Below are positions 8,154 to 16,460 of a stretch of 32,000 nucleotides of DNA, one piece after another; within the stretch, counting starts at the first letter, position 1; every line of letters begins with the position of its first letter. The DNA comes from Corynebacterium glutamicum ATCC 13032 (GTDB lineage Bacteria > Actinomycetota > Actinomycetes > Mycobacteriales > Mycobacteriaceae): assembly GCF_000011325.1 (NCBI RefSeq), contig NC_003450.3:150001-182000 (forward strand). Direction: 5' to 3'. The notes beneath the pieces are model-generated. The model did no database searches and was not told the origin of the DNA. It worked only from the letters and a program-made list of their open reading frames with translations. The translations under genes and the position numbers were made by a program.

Positions 8154-8834
8154 ATGACAACAGCACAGTTTCTAGCGCTTTTTCTGGTGTGGATCGCAGC
8201 AATTGCATCCCCTGGGCCAGACCTTTTCCAGATCATCAGGCTAAGTGCCAAAAACCGCCGTGATGGCGTACTGACTGCCGTAGGCATCATGGTGGGAAAC
8301 TCCATCTGGATCATAGCCAGCCTCCTTGGGCTCTCGGCACTGATCTCCACGTATCCAGCAATTTTGAACCTGTTGCAGCTCGTCGGTGGCGGTTATTTGA
8401 CCTGGATGGGCATCGGGGCGGTGAGGTCATGGTGGACGAAACGCTCCACACAGCAAGCTGCAGCGGATTCTCAAGCTGTAGAGAATACGTTGGTGACAGC
8501 CACGGCTGCATCTGTCGGAGTGTGGCCAGCTATTCGATCTGGCATTGCTACCAACTTGTCCAACCCCAAAGCTGTGCTGTTTTTTGGTTCCGTTTTCGCC
8601 CAATTTGTTAGACCTGACATGGGAATCGGGTGGAGTATTTTCATTGGAGTCTTCCTCACCCTCACTGGCCTGCTGTGGTTTGTGGGGTTCGCCGTCTTGG
8701 TCCGCAAACTAGCCGCTGGCCTCACCCGAAATGGAGCCATCATCGACCTGCTAACGGGGGTGATTTTCATCGGGCTGGGAATGTTCATGATCTTCGAGGG
8801 GGTTGTAGGAATCGGTGGCAGGGTAGTGGGTTAG
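8154..8834 (+). CDS. LysE/RhtB family amino-acid (or small-molecule) exporter
   Basis: A membrane protein with about six TM helices. It has the N-terminal ASPGPD motif and the NLSNPKAVLFFGSVF motif typical of LysE/RhtB translocators. Confidence 0.8.
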   Translation: MTTAQFLALFLVWIAAIASPGPDLFQIIRLSAKNRRDGVLTAVGIMVGNSIWIIASLLGLSALISTYPAILNLLQLVGGGYLTWMGIGAVRSWWTKRSTQQAAADSQAVENTLVTATAASVGVWPAIRSGIATNLSNPKAVLFFGSVFAQFVRPDMGIGWSIFIGVFLTLTGLLWFVGFAVLVRKLAAGLTRNGAIIDLLTGVIFIGLGMFMIFEGVVGIGGRVVG

Positions 8835-8868
8835 CCCCGCCCCCAGGACGTCACTAGACTTAGGCACT

Positions 8869-9162
8869 ATGCAACCTGAAGAAGTGCACATCAAGGACGA
8901 GACCATCAAGTTAGGTCAGTTCATCAAATTGGCCAACCTTGTCGAATCAGGCGGAGCGGCCAAAGATGCCATCGCTAACGGTGATGTCACCGTCAATGGT
9001 GAAGTGGATACCCGAAGGGGTAAGACACTTCGCGATGGCGATGTGGTGTGCATCGGCGAGGTATGCGCGCAGGTGTCTACTGGTGACGCAGCCGACGACG
9101 ATTATTTTGACGAAGCCACCGCAAACGATGACTTCGATCCCGAAAAGTGGAGGAACATGTAA
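8869..9162 (+). CDS. S4-domain RNA-binding protein (YbcJ-like)
   Basis: IKLGQFIKLANLVESGGAAKDAIANGDVTVNGEVDTRRGKTLRDGDVV matches the small stand-alone S4/YbcJ pattern. It has an acidic C-terminal tail. Confidence 0.75.
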   Translation: MQPEEVHIKDETIKLGQFIKLANLVESGGAAKDAIANGDVTVNGEVDTRRGKTLRDGDVVCIGEVCAQVSTGDAADDDYFDEATANDDFDPEKWRNM

Positions 9163-10016
9163 TGCCAGCCTTTGAGGCAATGCCAGGAATGCCGTATTGG
9201 ATCGACCTGTCCACCTCGGACATTGCAAAATCTGCACACTTCTACGAAAACGTTCTCGGCTGGGAAATTGAAGAAGTCAACGATGGCTACCGCATGGCTC
9301 GTCTGCAGGGACTACCCGTGGCAGGGCTGATCGATCAGCGCGGTGAATCAAGCATCCCGGATACCTGGATTACCTACTTCCTCTCCTACGATCTGGATGC
9401 CACTGCAAAGAAGATCGCAGAACTGGGTGGACGAATTCTGGCCGAGCCAACTGACGTGCACTTGGGACGCATGATCCTAGCTGTTGATACTGCCGGCGCA
9501 CTGTTCGGCGTTATTGAGCCAGGCAGCGAGGAATCATTCGTCGCTGCTGGTGAACCAGGCACATCCGTGTGGCATGAACTCACCACTGTCTCCAAATATT
9601 CCGAAGCTATCGATTTCTACGGTGAGCTGTTCACTTGGACAACCTCTGAAATGGCTAGTGCTGAAGACGATAGTTTCCGCTACACCACCGCATTGGCTGA
9701 CGGTTCCGCCTTTGCTGGAATTTTTGATGCCAAAGGCCACTTCCCACCTCAGGTTCCAAGCTTCTGGCAGTCCTACCTTGGCGTGCTCAACGCCGATGAT
9801 GCTGCAGCGAAGGCCAAGGAATTTGGTGGCGATGTTATTCGTAAGCCATGGGACTCAGAATTTGGCCGCATGGTTCTCATCTCTGATTCCACTGGTGCCA
9901 CAATTACCTTGTGTGAAGTAGAGGAATACGTCGAGGAAGCAGCAGAAGGCGATGATCTCTTCGACATCGATCTCAGTGCTTTCGAAGAGCAGTTCCGCAA
10001 GCAAGAAGGACAGTAA
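9162..10016 (+). CDS. Two-domain VOC (glyoxalase/bleomycin-resistance/dioxygenase) family protein
   Basis: This is track ORF 9147..10016 trimmed to ATG 9162, which has GGAGGA upstream. Its ATG overlaps the previous stop as TAATG. It has duplicated VOC modules (AHFYENVLGWEI and IDFYGELFTWTT) followed by an acidic tail. Confidence 0.75.
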   Translation: MPAFEAMPGMPYWIDLSTSDIAKSAHFYENVLGWEIEEVNDGYRMARLQGLPVAGLIDQRGESSIPDTWITYFLSYDLDATAKKIAELGGRILAEPTDVHLGRMILAVDTAGALFGVIEPGSEESFVAAGEPGTSVWHELTTVSKYSEAIDFYGELFTWTTSEMASAEDDSFRYTTALADGSAFAGIFDAKGHFPPQVPSFWQSYLGVLNADDAAAKAKEFGGDVIRKPWDSEFGRMVLISDSTGATITLCEVEEYVEEAAEGDDLFDIDLSAFEEQFRKQEGQ

Positions 10017-10028
10017 TCCTACAGCGCC

Positions 10029-10373
10029 ATGGAGGAATTAGAATTTGATGAGCTCACCTCCATGGTGCTCGACTGCGCAGACCTCATTCCGCAGGGAAAA
10101 GTAGCAACCTACGGGGACATTGCCAAAATAGTAGGAACTGGTCCGCGTCAGGTCGGCCGGATCATGGCGACCGCTGGGCAATTCACATCTTGGTGGAGGG
10201 TGGTTCGCTCTGATGGTGGCTCCCAGGTAGCGGGCACCGCGCGGTCTAAATGGGCAGAGGAAAATATTGCGTTTTCAGAGCTCAGCGCACCAAAAGTGAG
10301 AATGCAGCAGCATCGTCTTTCTGAAGAAGAACTAGAAACTATCGCAGGGAAGCTTCAACAAATAGCTGACTAG
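10029..10373 (+). CDS. MGMT-fold alkyltransferase-like (ATL) protein; the catalytic Cys position is Trp
   Basis: It has the DNA-binding-domain pattern of O6-alkylguanine alkyltransferases (IPQGKVATYGDIAKIVG, then SWWRVVRSDG). Where the active-site PCHRV normally sits, the sequence reads SWWRV. The acceptor cysteine is therefore absent, as in ATL proteins. Confidence 0.75.
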   Translation: MEELEFDELTSMVLDCADLIPQGKVATYGDIAKIVGTGPRQVGRIMATAGQFTSWWRVVRSDGGSQVAGTARSKWAEENIAFSELSAPKVRMQQHRLSEEELETIAGKLQQIAD

Positions 10374-10469
10374 CCATCATTGGTAGTTCCTAATTGTTTC
10401 CGTACAGTATAGCTCCAGCACAACTTCTGAGTGCAAGTTTTTTATAACAGGGCAGTAACGTTTACTGGT

Positions 10470-11363
10470 ATGAAAACTCCCCGTCTGCTGAAGATCCTCA
10501 GCGCGATGGTGGCTGTCACTGGACTTCTCATTCCAACGGTGGTCCCCATGGCCGCCGCTGATGCTGCTGAACTGTCCGACAACGTTCCCGATCGCACCCA
10601 AATTGCCATCATCAACCCTGATGGCAGCGTGCAAGAATCTGACAACGCCGAAGAATCCCGCCCGGCATTATCCCTGGCCAAGCTGTATTTGGGTTATTAT
10701 GTGTTGGCTCAAGGCGCGGAAGAAGATATTGAACTAGTCCCAGATATGATCCGCTACTCTGATGATTTCACCGCGGATTATTTGGAGAGCGAATACCCGG
10801 AAGCAATTCCTGAGGTTATTGATGCCTTCGATTTGGAAGACACCGAATGGGCTGGTTTCTGGGGCAATGCAACTACCAGTGCGGTGGATATTGCGACGTT
10901 TGTAGCAGCACTCATCGACGATCCCACGGCGCAGCCCTTGCTTGACGCAATGTCTGACACCGCTGAGTATGCGGCGGATGGCTACGCCCAGAACTTTGGC
11001 ACTTTTACATTGTCCGATGTCACCGGTACTAAATTTGGTTGGTCTGATTCCCTCGATGTGCATTCATCGGTCAGCTTTGGCCCTGGTTTTGTGATCGCTG
11101 CCAACACCTACGGTGACGCCGAAACGCTCACCGAAGATGTCCAAGATTCCGTGTCTTCGCTGTATCCGGAGGAAGTAACCACCGCGATCGAGGAGCAGGT
11201 GGATCAGCTGTGTGAGTGCGCTGCAGAGACTACGCATTTGGGAATGCACACTGGCGCGGAGCTGAAAGCACAGCTTGAGGGCACTATTTATGGAAAAACC
11301 CTCAGCTTTTTACCTAATTCAGCCCCAGCGCCAGCGTTTATTTACAACCTGCTGGCACATTAG
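10470..11363 (+). CDS. Secreted protein, possibly a class A beta-lactamase-related serine hydrolase
   Basis: This is track ORF 10431..11363 trimmed to MKTPRLLKILSAMVAVTGLLIPTVVPMAAADA, a signal peptide. A candidate SxxK motif is present (ALSLAKLYLGYYV). The family assignment is tentative. Confidence 0.55.
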   Translation: MKTPRLLKILSAMVAVTGLLIPTVVPMAAADAAELSDNVPDRTQIAIINPDGSVQESDNAEESRPALSLAKLYLGYYVLAQGAEEDIELVPDMIRYSDDFTADYLESEYPEAIPEVIDAFDLEDTEWAGFWGNATTSAVDIATFVAALIDDPTAQPLLDAMSDTAEYAADGYAQNFGTFTLSDVTGTKFGWSDSLDVHSSVSFGPGFVIAANTYGDAETLTEDVQDSVSSLYPEEVTTAIEEQVDQLCECAAETTHLGMHTGAELKAQLEGTIYGKTLSFLPNSAPAPAFIYNLLAH

Positions 11364-12268
11364 CAAACAGTTTTAAGGAACTCCGCCACGTCGGTGATTT
11401 TTTCGCGCGCGACCTTCGGTGTGGAAATACGGTGGCGGGAAACGTATTCCTTCACGGTCGCGTCGCCAAGCTCTCCTGGCCGCTCCGCGATCTCATCCTG
11501 CGCCGCGATCTGCACAAAGGTCGTCGGCCACGCAGCCGCCGCGGGCACTACAGCGTCTCCACGAATTTCGGCAGGGAGCTTCTCGACGCTACCCAGGTCC
11601 GGAAAGGTGAGGACCAGGGCGTCGAAAAGCGATGCATTAATCGCGGCTAACGCCGCGCCCGAGGAATAACCCCAACCCGTGATCGACACCGGATTATGGT
11701 GGCGGGCGTAACCGACCGCCTTGCCCACAACCTCATTCATATCGTGGAGGTTATGGCCTGGGGCCAGCGGATAGTCCAGGTCAAGGATGGTTGTGCCGGA
11801 CAATTCCGCAGCTGCCGCGACCTCTGGACGCCACTGGAACTCCAACGCATCACCGGAACCGCGCCACCAACCACCGCTGTGGAACGATACAGCCCAGCGG
11901 CCCGTCGGATTCGACGGGTGGAAAATCGCGCCTCCGACCTCCGGGACGTCATCGACGCTCACACCACCGATAAATGCGACACCCGGCATGGAATGATCAA
12001 GGCCAGAACCCAACATGATCATCGCAGTATGCGTGGTGCGATCGGGAAGATGTGCAATATAGCGGTCTGCTGGATCAGGATCGCCGGCGCCACCTGCCCA
12101 AGGGGGCGTGAAATCTGGAACAGGGTAGTGCGCATCAATATACGATCCGAGCTGCTCCAGCTGTTCTTCTTCAGAAAGCTGACGATCCTTACCGCCAACC
12201 TCGAACTCCTCACGGAAGCGTGCTTCCTGATCTTGTTCAGTTTCTTGTGGGGTGTTGTTTTCAGCCAT
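11360..12268 (-). CDS. Alpha/beta hydrolase (esterase/lipase, hydrolase fold-3 like)
   Basis: This is track ORF 11360..12295 trimmed to MAENNTPQ at 12268. It has an oxyanion-hole-like HSGGWW and the nucleophile elbow GWGYSSGA (GxSxG). Its stop overlaps the stop of the convergent gene. Confidence 0.75.
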   Translation of the reverse strand: MAENNTPQETEQDQEARFREEFEVGGKDRQLSEEEQLEQLGSYIDAHYPVPDFTPPWAGGAGDPDPADRYIAHLPDRTTHTAMIMLGSGLDHSMPGVAFIGGVSVDDVPEVGGAIFHPSNPTGRWAVSFHSGGWWRGSGDALEFQWRPEVAAAAELSGTTILDLDYPLAPGHNLHDMNEVVGKAVGYARHHNPVSITGWGYSSGAALAAINASLFDALVLTFPDLGSVEKLPAEIRGDAVVPAAAAWPTTFVQIAAQDEIAERPGELGDATVKEYVSRHRISTPKVAREKITDVAEFLKTVC

Positions 12269-12438
12269 GGGCACAACCTTAGTGCGTGCGCTCACGTCGC
12301 TGGTTGGAAAGTGAAAATATCAACAGTGTTTTGGGTGGGGGTGAGATTGGAATGATTTCGGCCCGGGCGCTCGAAAACCGTGATAGACACAATGAACCGA
12401 GCAAATCCGCCAGGAAATAAATTAAGTAAGGAATATCC

Positions 12439-12870
12439 ATGAGTGAAACCCAGTCGAATTCAGTGTCAGCGGTAATGCCTGCGCAGCTCCCTCCAGGGCC
12501 TGCCGAGCGTACTGTGTACTCCTACGGTGTTCGCGCAGGGGATCAGTTGCACATTTCAGGAATGGTGGCTTTTGATTCTGACGCGAATATTGTCGGCGAA
12601 GGGGACATTGAGGCGCAGGCTGAACAAGTCTTTAAGAACCTGCAAGCAGTAGTCGAGGAGGCAGGAGGAACGATCAACAACATTGTTTCCACCACTACTT
12701 ATCTTGCCGATGTCACCGATGCTCCCGTTGTTAACGCTGCTCGCTCCCGCTATTTCACCGGAGAAGTATTGCCCACCCACACCGTAATTGGAGTTGCTGC
12801 TCTTGCTCGGCCACAGTTTCTAGTCGAGATCTCAGCGGTGGCCTATTTGGGGGACCTTTCAAAAGACTAG
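12439..12870 (+). CDS. RidA/YjgF/TdcF family reactive-intermediate deaminase
   Basis: It contains LHISGMVAFDSDANIVGEGDIEAQAEQVFKNLQAVVEEAGGTINNIVSTTTYL and the C-terminal FLVEISAVA, the hallmark RidA-family pattern. AAGGAA lies upstream of the ATG. Confidence 0.85.
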   Translation: MSETQSNSVSAVMPAQLPPGPAERTVYSYGVRAGDQLHISGMVAFDSDANIVGEGDIEAQAEQVFKNLQAVVEEAGGTINNIVSTTTYLADVTDAPVVNAARSRYFTGEVLPTHTVIGVAALARPQFLVEISAVAYLGDLSKD

Positions 12871-12982
12871 ATACATGATTATTTTTGCATTAACCCCAGG
12901 TAGGGGCATTGTCGCAAAGCCCAACTACAGCAAGGTGCGTACGCTGGTGGCCAACTGAATACGTTTGAGGAGAAGGTTTTCT

Positions 12983-13606
12983 ATGAGTGGCACCGCCATC
13001 ATGTACGACACGACAGTTGTTCCATCGAAGAAAGAAATCGCGCAGGCTTGGACTGGTTATGTGGATCTTCAGGGAAGCTACCGCCTGGTAGATACGGTGG
13101 ATGGGGAAGTTGGCGTTGAGGTGCTGATTTCCAAGGATCGGGAGGGGCGTTTACTCCAGATTCCGTTTAGTTATCGTTCGGCAGAGATTAACCCAGAGCA
13201 GACACTTTCCACATTGGAGCATGGTGTGTTGGGCAAGCGTTGGGTGACTAATGCGTTGGGTGACCCGGTGGCAGTGCGGGAGTTTATTCGCACTATTTTG
13301 ACGGGCGATGATGGTGCAGCTCGTAGCGATGGCGTGAAGGGCTATCTGGATATTAAAGGTTCCGGCGATGCTGAGTCGGTGGATTTACAGGATGTAAAGC
13401 TTACTGAGGTTACAAGGCAGCGTGCGATTGGTTCGGTAACCATCAACGGTGAGCGAAAGCAATTCTCGCTGCGGTTGCCTCAGTTGCTGAAGAATTTCAG
13501 GGAGACAGCGGCGGGCCATACAGCTACGACTCTTCGTATTGTGGCGACTCATCCGGAAAAGGACGATGTTGAGCTGCTGGTCGCTGAGTTCAACTGGATG
13601 GAATAA
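12983..13606 (+). CDS. Conserved actinobacterial protein of unknown function; resembles what I recall as the maltokinase N-terminal-cap-like / cg0192-related family
   Basis: This is track ORF 12965..13606 trimmed to ATG 12983, which has GAGGAGAAGG upstream. The N-terminal pattern is VVPSKKEIAQAWTGYVDLQGSYRLVDTVDGEVGVEVLI...IPFSYRSAE. The family name is from memory only. Confidence 0.55.
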   Translation: MSGTAIMYDTTVVPSKKEIAQAWTGYVDLQGSYRLVDTVDGEVGVEVLISKDREGRLLQIPFSYRSAEINPEQTLSTLEHGVLGKRWVTNALGDPVAVREFIRTILTGDDGAARSDGVKGYLDIKGSGDAESVDLQDVKLTEVTRQRAIGSVTINGERKQFSLRLPQLLKNFRETAAGHTATTLRIVATHPEKDDVELLVAEFNWME

Positions 13607-13629
13607 TCCGAGACAGCTCCTGAAAGCTA

Positions 13630-13669
13630 AAAAGCCCTCGCCCCGAAATCCATCGGCGCGAGGGCTTTT
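13630..13669. terminator. Bidirectional rho-independent terminator between convergent genes
   Basis: A perfect 12-bp stem, AAAAGCCCTCGC (13630-13641) pairing with GCGAGGGCTTTT (13657-13668), with a 15-nt loop. A-runs and T-runs flank it on both sides, so it can work on either strand. Confidence 0.7.
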
Positions 13670-13685
13670 CAATACCAACTAACAA

Positions 13686-15614
13686 CTACCAGATAGCTAG
13701 GCGCTCTTCTGGCTTGATGTACACAGGTGCATCTTCGGGGACGTCGAATGCTTCGTAGAATTCAGCGACGTTTCCGGCGATGACATTGCAGCGGAATTCT
13801 GCAGGGGAGTGTGGGTCGATGGCCAGGTATTGGACGGCCATCTGTGGGCGGATTTTGGTGCGCCACACGCGAGCCCAGGACAGGAAGAGGCGTTGGAGAC
13901 CGTTGAATTCTTGCTCGGCCAGGCCTTCCTCGGCGCCTTCTGCTTCGAATTTTTGGACTGGTGAGGTTTCAAAGGTTTGGCCACGGTCTGCGAGGTACTT
14001 TTCGTAGGCAACGACAGCGATGCCCAATCCGCCGAGGTCACCGATGTTTTCGCCGAGAGTGAATTCACCGTTGACGCCGTCGGTGTCGATTCCTTCAGAG
14101 GTCAGGACGGCAGGGACGAGTCCGCTGAATTGGGTGACCAGACGTGAGGTGAGCTGCTCGAATGCGGAGCGGTCTTCGTCGGTCCACCAGGAGTTGAGGT
14201 TGCCGTCGCCGTCGTATTGGCTGCCTTGATCGTCAAAGCCGTGGCCGATTTCGTGTCCGATCACAGCACCGATTGCACCGAAGTTTTCTGCGGCTTCTGC
14301 TTCGGGGTCGAAGAATGGTGCGCGCAGGATGGCTGCGGGGAAGGTGATGTCGTTGACCACGGGGTTGTAGAAGGCGTTGACGGTTTGTGGGGTGGTGACC
14401 CATTCGTCGCGGTCGGCTGGTTTGCCGATCTTGCCCAGCTCATAGTCATGGAGGAACGCGGAGCCCTTGCGGGAGTTGTCCACCAGGTCGGAGCCGAATT
14501 CGAGGCCTTCGTAGGAGCGCCACTTGTCGGGGTAGCCGATTTTCGCGTTGAATTTGCCCAACTTTTCCAGGGCACGCTCGCGGGTGGCGGGCGTCATCCA
14601 TTCGAGGTTGGAAATGCGATCACGGTAGGCGGCAACCAGGTAGTCGACGAGCTCAAGCATGTGCTCCTTGGAGCTTGCAGGAAAATGCCTTTCGACGAAT
14701 CGTTGCCCGATTTCCTCGCCCACCATGCGCTCTGCCAGGCCGACAGCACGCTTCCATCGATCTTTTTGCTCGGTGGCGCCGGACAGTTTGGTGCCATAGA
14801 AGTCGAAGTTTGCTTGGCTAATTTCCTCGGTCAACAGTCCTGCTCGAGACCTCAAGATGTGCCAGGTTGCCCATAGCTGCCAATCGGGGAGGCGGTCGTC
14901 GACAAGCAAGCCGTTGAGGTGGTCGAGGTATGACGGCATCATCGATACCAGGCGCTGGTCCGGGAGGCCTGCGGAACTGAGCAGCGTGCGGACCTTTGGT
15001 GGCAGCGCGCCGAGTTCGGTGGGGTTGTAGGTGGCTACGGCGTCGCGGGTCTTCACGACATCCCAGTGGCCAGCAGCGATTTCCGTTTCCAGGGCGACAA
15101 TTCGTGCGGCAGCGGAAGCAGCCGACAGACCGAAGAGGCGGCTGTTATCCAAGTAGCCGAGCATGCGCTCAACGTGCTCTTTGTAGGCCGCGAGAGTTTC
15201 GGCGTGTGCCTCCTCGCGGTAATAAGCCTCATCGGGCAGGCCGAGGCCGGACTGGATGACATAGGCGACGGATTCGTTGGAGGAAGAATCCTTCTCCACC
15301 CAGAAACCTACTGGCGCGCCAACGCCTTCACGGTCCAGTTCGCCGAGAGCAGCTGCGAAAAACGATGAGTTAGCAACAGACAGCCTGTTCAGATCCGCAT
15401 CGAGCGGTGCAACACCAGCAGCGTTGATGGCGTCAGTATCCATAAATGAGGCATAAAGTGTGCCTGCGCGTCCAGTGTCTTCCTTGACGATCTCATGGAC
15501 GTCTTCTTCAGCATCATCGCGCAGCTTGTGGAACGTGCCGTCCACCGCGCGATCGTCGGGAATGATGTGGGTGTCAAGCCACAGGCCATTGACAAAGCGA
15601 TAAAGATCCTTCAT
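13686..15614 (-). CDS. pepO: M13 family zinc metalloendopeptidase (PepO / neprilysin-like)
   Basis: It has the HExxH motif in VIGHEIGHGF and the M13 motif ENIGDLGG. The N-terminal DLYRFVNGLWL is typical of the M13 family. The start is chosen at MKDLYRF (15614). An alternative ATG at 15689 would add 25 aa. Confidence 0.85.
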   Translation of the reverse strand: MKDLYRFVNGLWLDTHIIPDDRAVDGTFHKLRDDAEEDVHEIVKEDTGRAGTLYASFMDTDAINAAGVAPLDADLNRLSVANSSFFAAALGELDREGVGAPVGFWVEKDSSSNESVAYVIQSGLGLPDEAYYREEAHAETLAAYKEHVERMLGYLDNSRLFGLSAASAAARIVALETEIAAGHWDVVKTRDAVATYNPTELGALPPKVRTLLSSAGLPDQRLVSMMPSYLDHLNGLLVDDRLPDWQLWATWHILRSRAGLLTEEISQANFDFYGTKLSGATEQKDRWKRAVGLAERMVGEEIGQRFVERHFPASSKEHMLELVDYLVAAYRDRISNLEWMTPATRERALEKLGKFNAKIGYPDKWRSYEGLEFGSDLVDNSRKGSAFLHDYELGKIGKPADRDEWVTTPQTVNAFYNPVVNDITFPAAILRAPFFDPEAEAAENFGAIGAVIGHEIGHGFDDQGSQYDGDGNLNSWWTDEDRSAFEQLTSRLVTQFSGLVPAVLTSEGIDTDGVNGEFTLGENIGDLGGLGIAVVAYEKYLADRGQTFETSPVQKFEAEGAEEGLAEQEFNGLQRLFLSWARVWRTKIRPQMAVQYLAIDPHSPAEFRCNVIAGNVAEFYEAFDVPEDAPVYIKPEERLAIW

Positions 15615-15716
15615 GTGGCCTACTCTAGGGGATTTACCGCCACAGGGTTTGTGGTTGGTGCCACAAGTGGGTTGAGCGTTGGGGATCATGTCCACCCCAG
15701 AAGGTAGCCTGTCAGT

Positions 15717-16460
15717 GTGAGCGTAATCGAGGGCAAGTACCAGCTGAAACCTCAAGGCCGAGGTGGCCTGTGGTGGTCAATCGTGGGTGTGGCAGTTGTT
15801 TTGTTGCTGCTTCCAACGTTGATCAACCTGGTGGTTCCGGATAAAGCCAATGACTACAAGCAGCTAGAAATCGATCTTCTGGGTGTGGATTGGTCAGTGC
15901 CAATCACCACGGAGGAATCCGCTGCGGTGCTGTGTGAGGAAACATCTGATGAAATCACACAGAAGTATTGGGACTGCAACGGGGACACCACGGTGGTGAC
16001 CATGATCGTCGAGGGCGTGAAAGATCCGTCCAATACGTTGCGTCGCATGGTGGGTTCATCGCTGATAACCAGTGTGGATGACAGCCTAGAGGCAGTATCT
16101 AGCGAAGATGGCCGTGCGCATGCGTTGTATGTGCCAGGTCAGCAAGAAGGATCTTTGTGGACGCTGCCTATCGTGGCACTGAGCGTGCAGGGTTCGGGTG
16201 ATTATGAAGACCTCACAGCGATCGCAATTATCAACGGCACCTCGTTGGATTATTACAGCACCCACATTTGGTCCAGCATGGCCGCTGACCGCGGGTTGCC
16301 GTACCAGCAGGACTTCCCCCTGATGCTGGAAGAGGAGCCATGGCAAGACACCCCCGGCGGGGATCGTCCCTTCGAGCTGCCCAATGATTTCTTTGATCAG
16401 TACCCCGATCTTTTTGGCCCAGGCTCCGTCATTCCCAACCTTGAAGGAGAATCCCTATGA
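15717..16460 (+). CDS. Single-pass membrane-anchored protein of unknown function with an acidic extracytoplasmic domain
   Basis: GTG start. One N-terminal TM segment (LWWSIVGVAVVLLLLPTLINLVV) is followed by about 200 aa of acidic sequence. Its stop overlaps the next ATG as ATGA. Confidence 0.55.
   Translation: MSVIEGKYQLKPQGRGGLWWSIVGVAVVLLLLPTLINLVVPDKANDYKQLEIDLLGVDWSVPITTEESAAVLCEETSDEITQKYWDCNGDTTVVTMIVEGVKDPSNTLRRMVGSSLITSVDDSLEAVSSEDGRAHALYVPGQQEGSLWTLPIVALSVQGSGDYEDLTAIAIINGTSLDYYSTHIWSSMAADRGLPYQQDFPLMLEEEPWQDTPGGDRPFELPNDFFDQYPDLFGPGSVIPNLEGESL

Noticed and set aside
8939-9237. 78-aa plus-strand and 96-aa minus-strand ORFs overlapping the S4-domain gene
   Set aside because: They are alternative-frame or antisense products. 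The S4 frame has a recognisable domain pattern and is coupled to the next gene.
11696-12355. 219-aa plus-strand ORF opposite the alpha/beta hydrolase gene
   Set aside because: It is antisense to a gene with GxSxG and HGGG-like motifs, and its composition is typical of an antisense frame.
14217-14876. 219-aa plus-strand ORF inside pepO, together with several 60-120-aa ORFs on both strands in 13697-15707
   Set aside because: They are antisense or off-frame relative to an M13 peptidase with intact HExxH and ENxGDLGG motifs. None has independent support.
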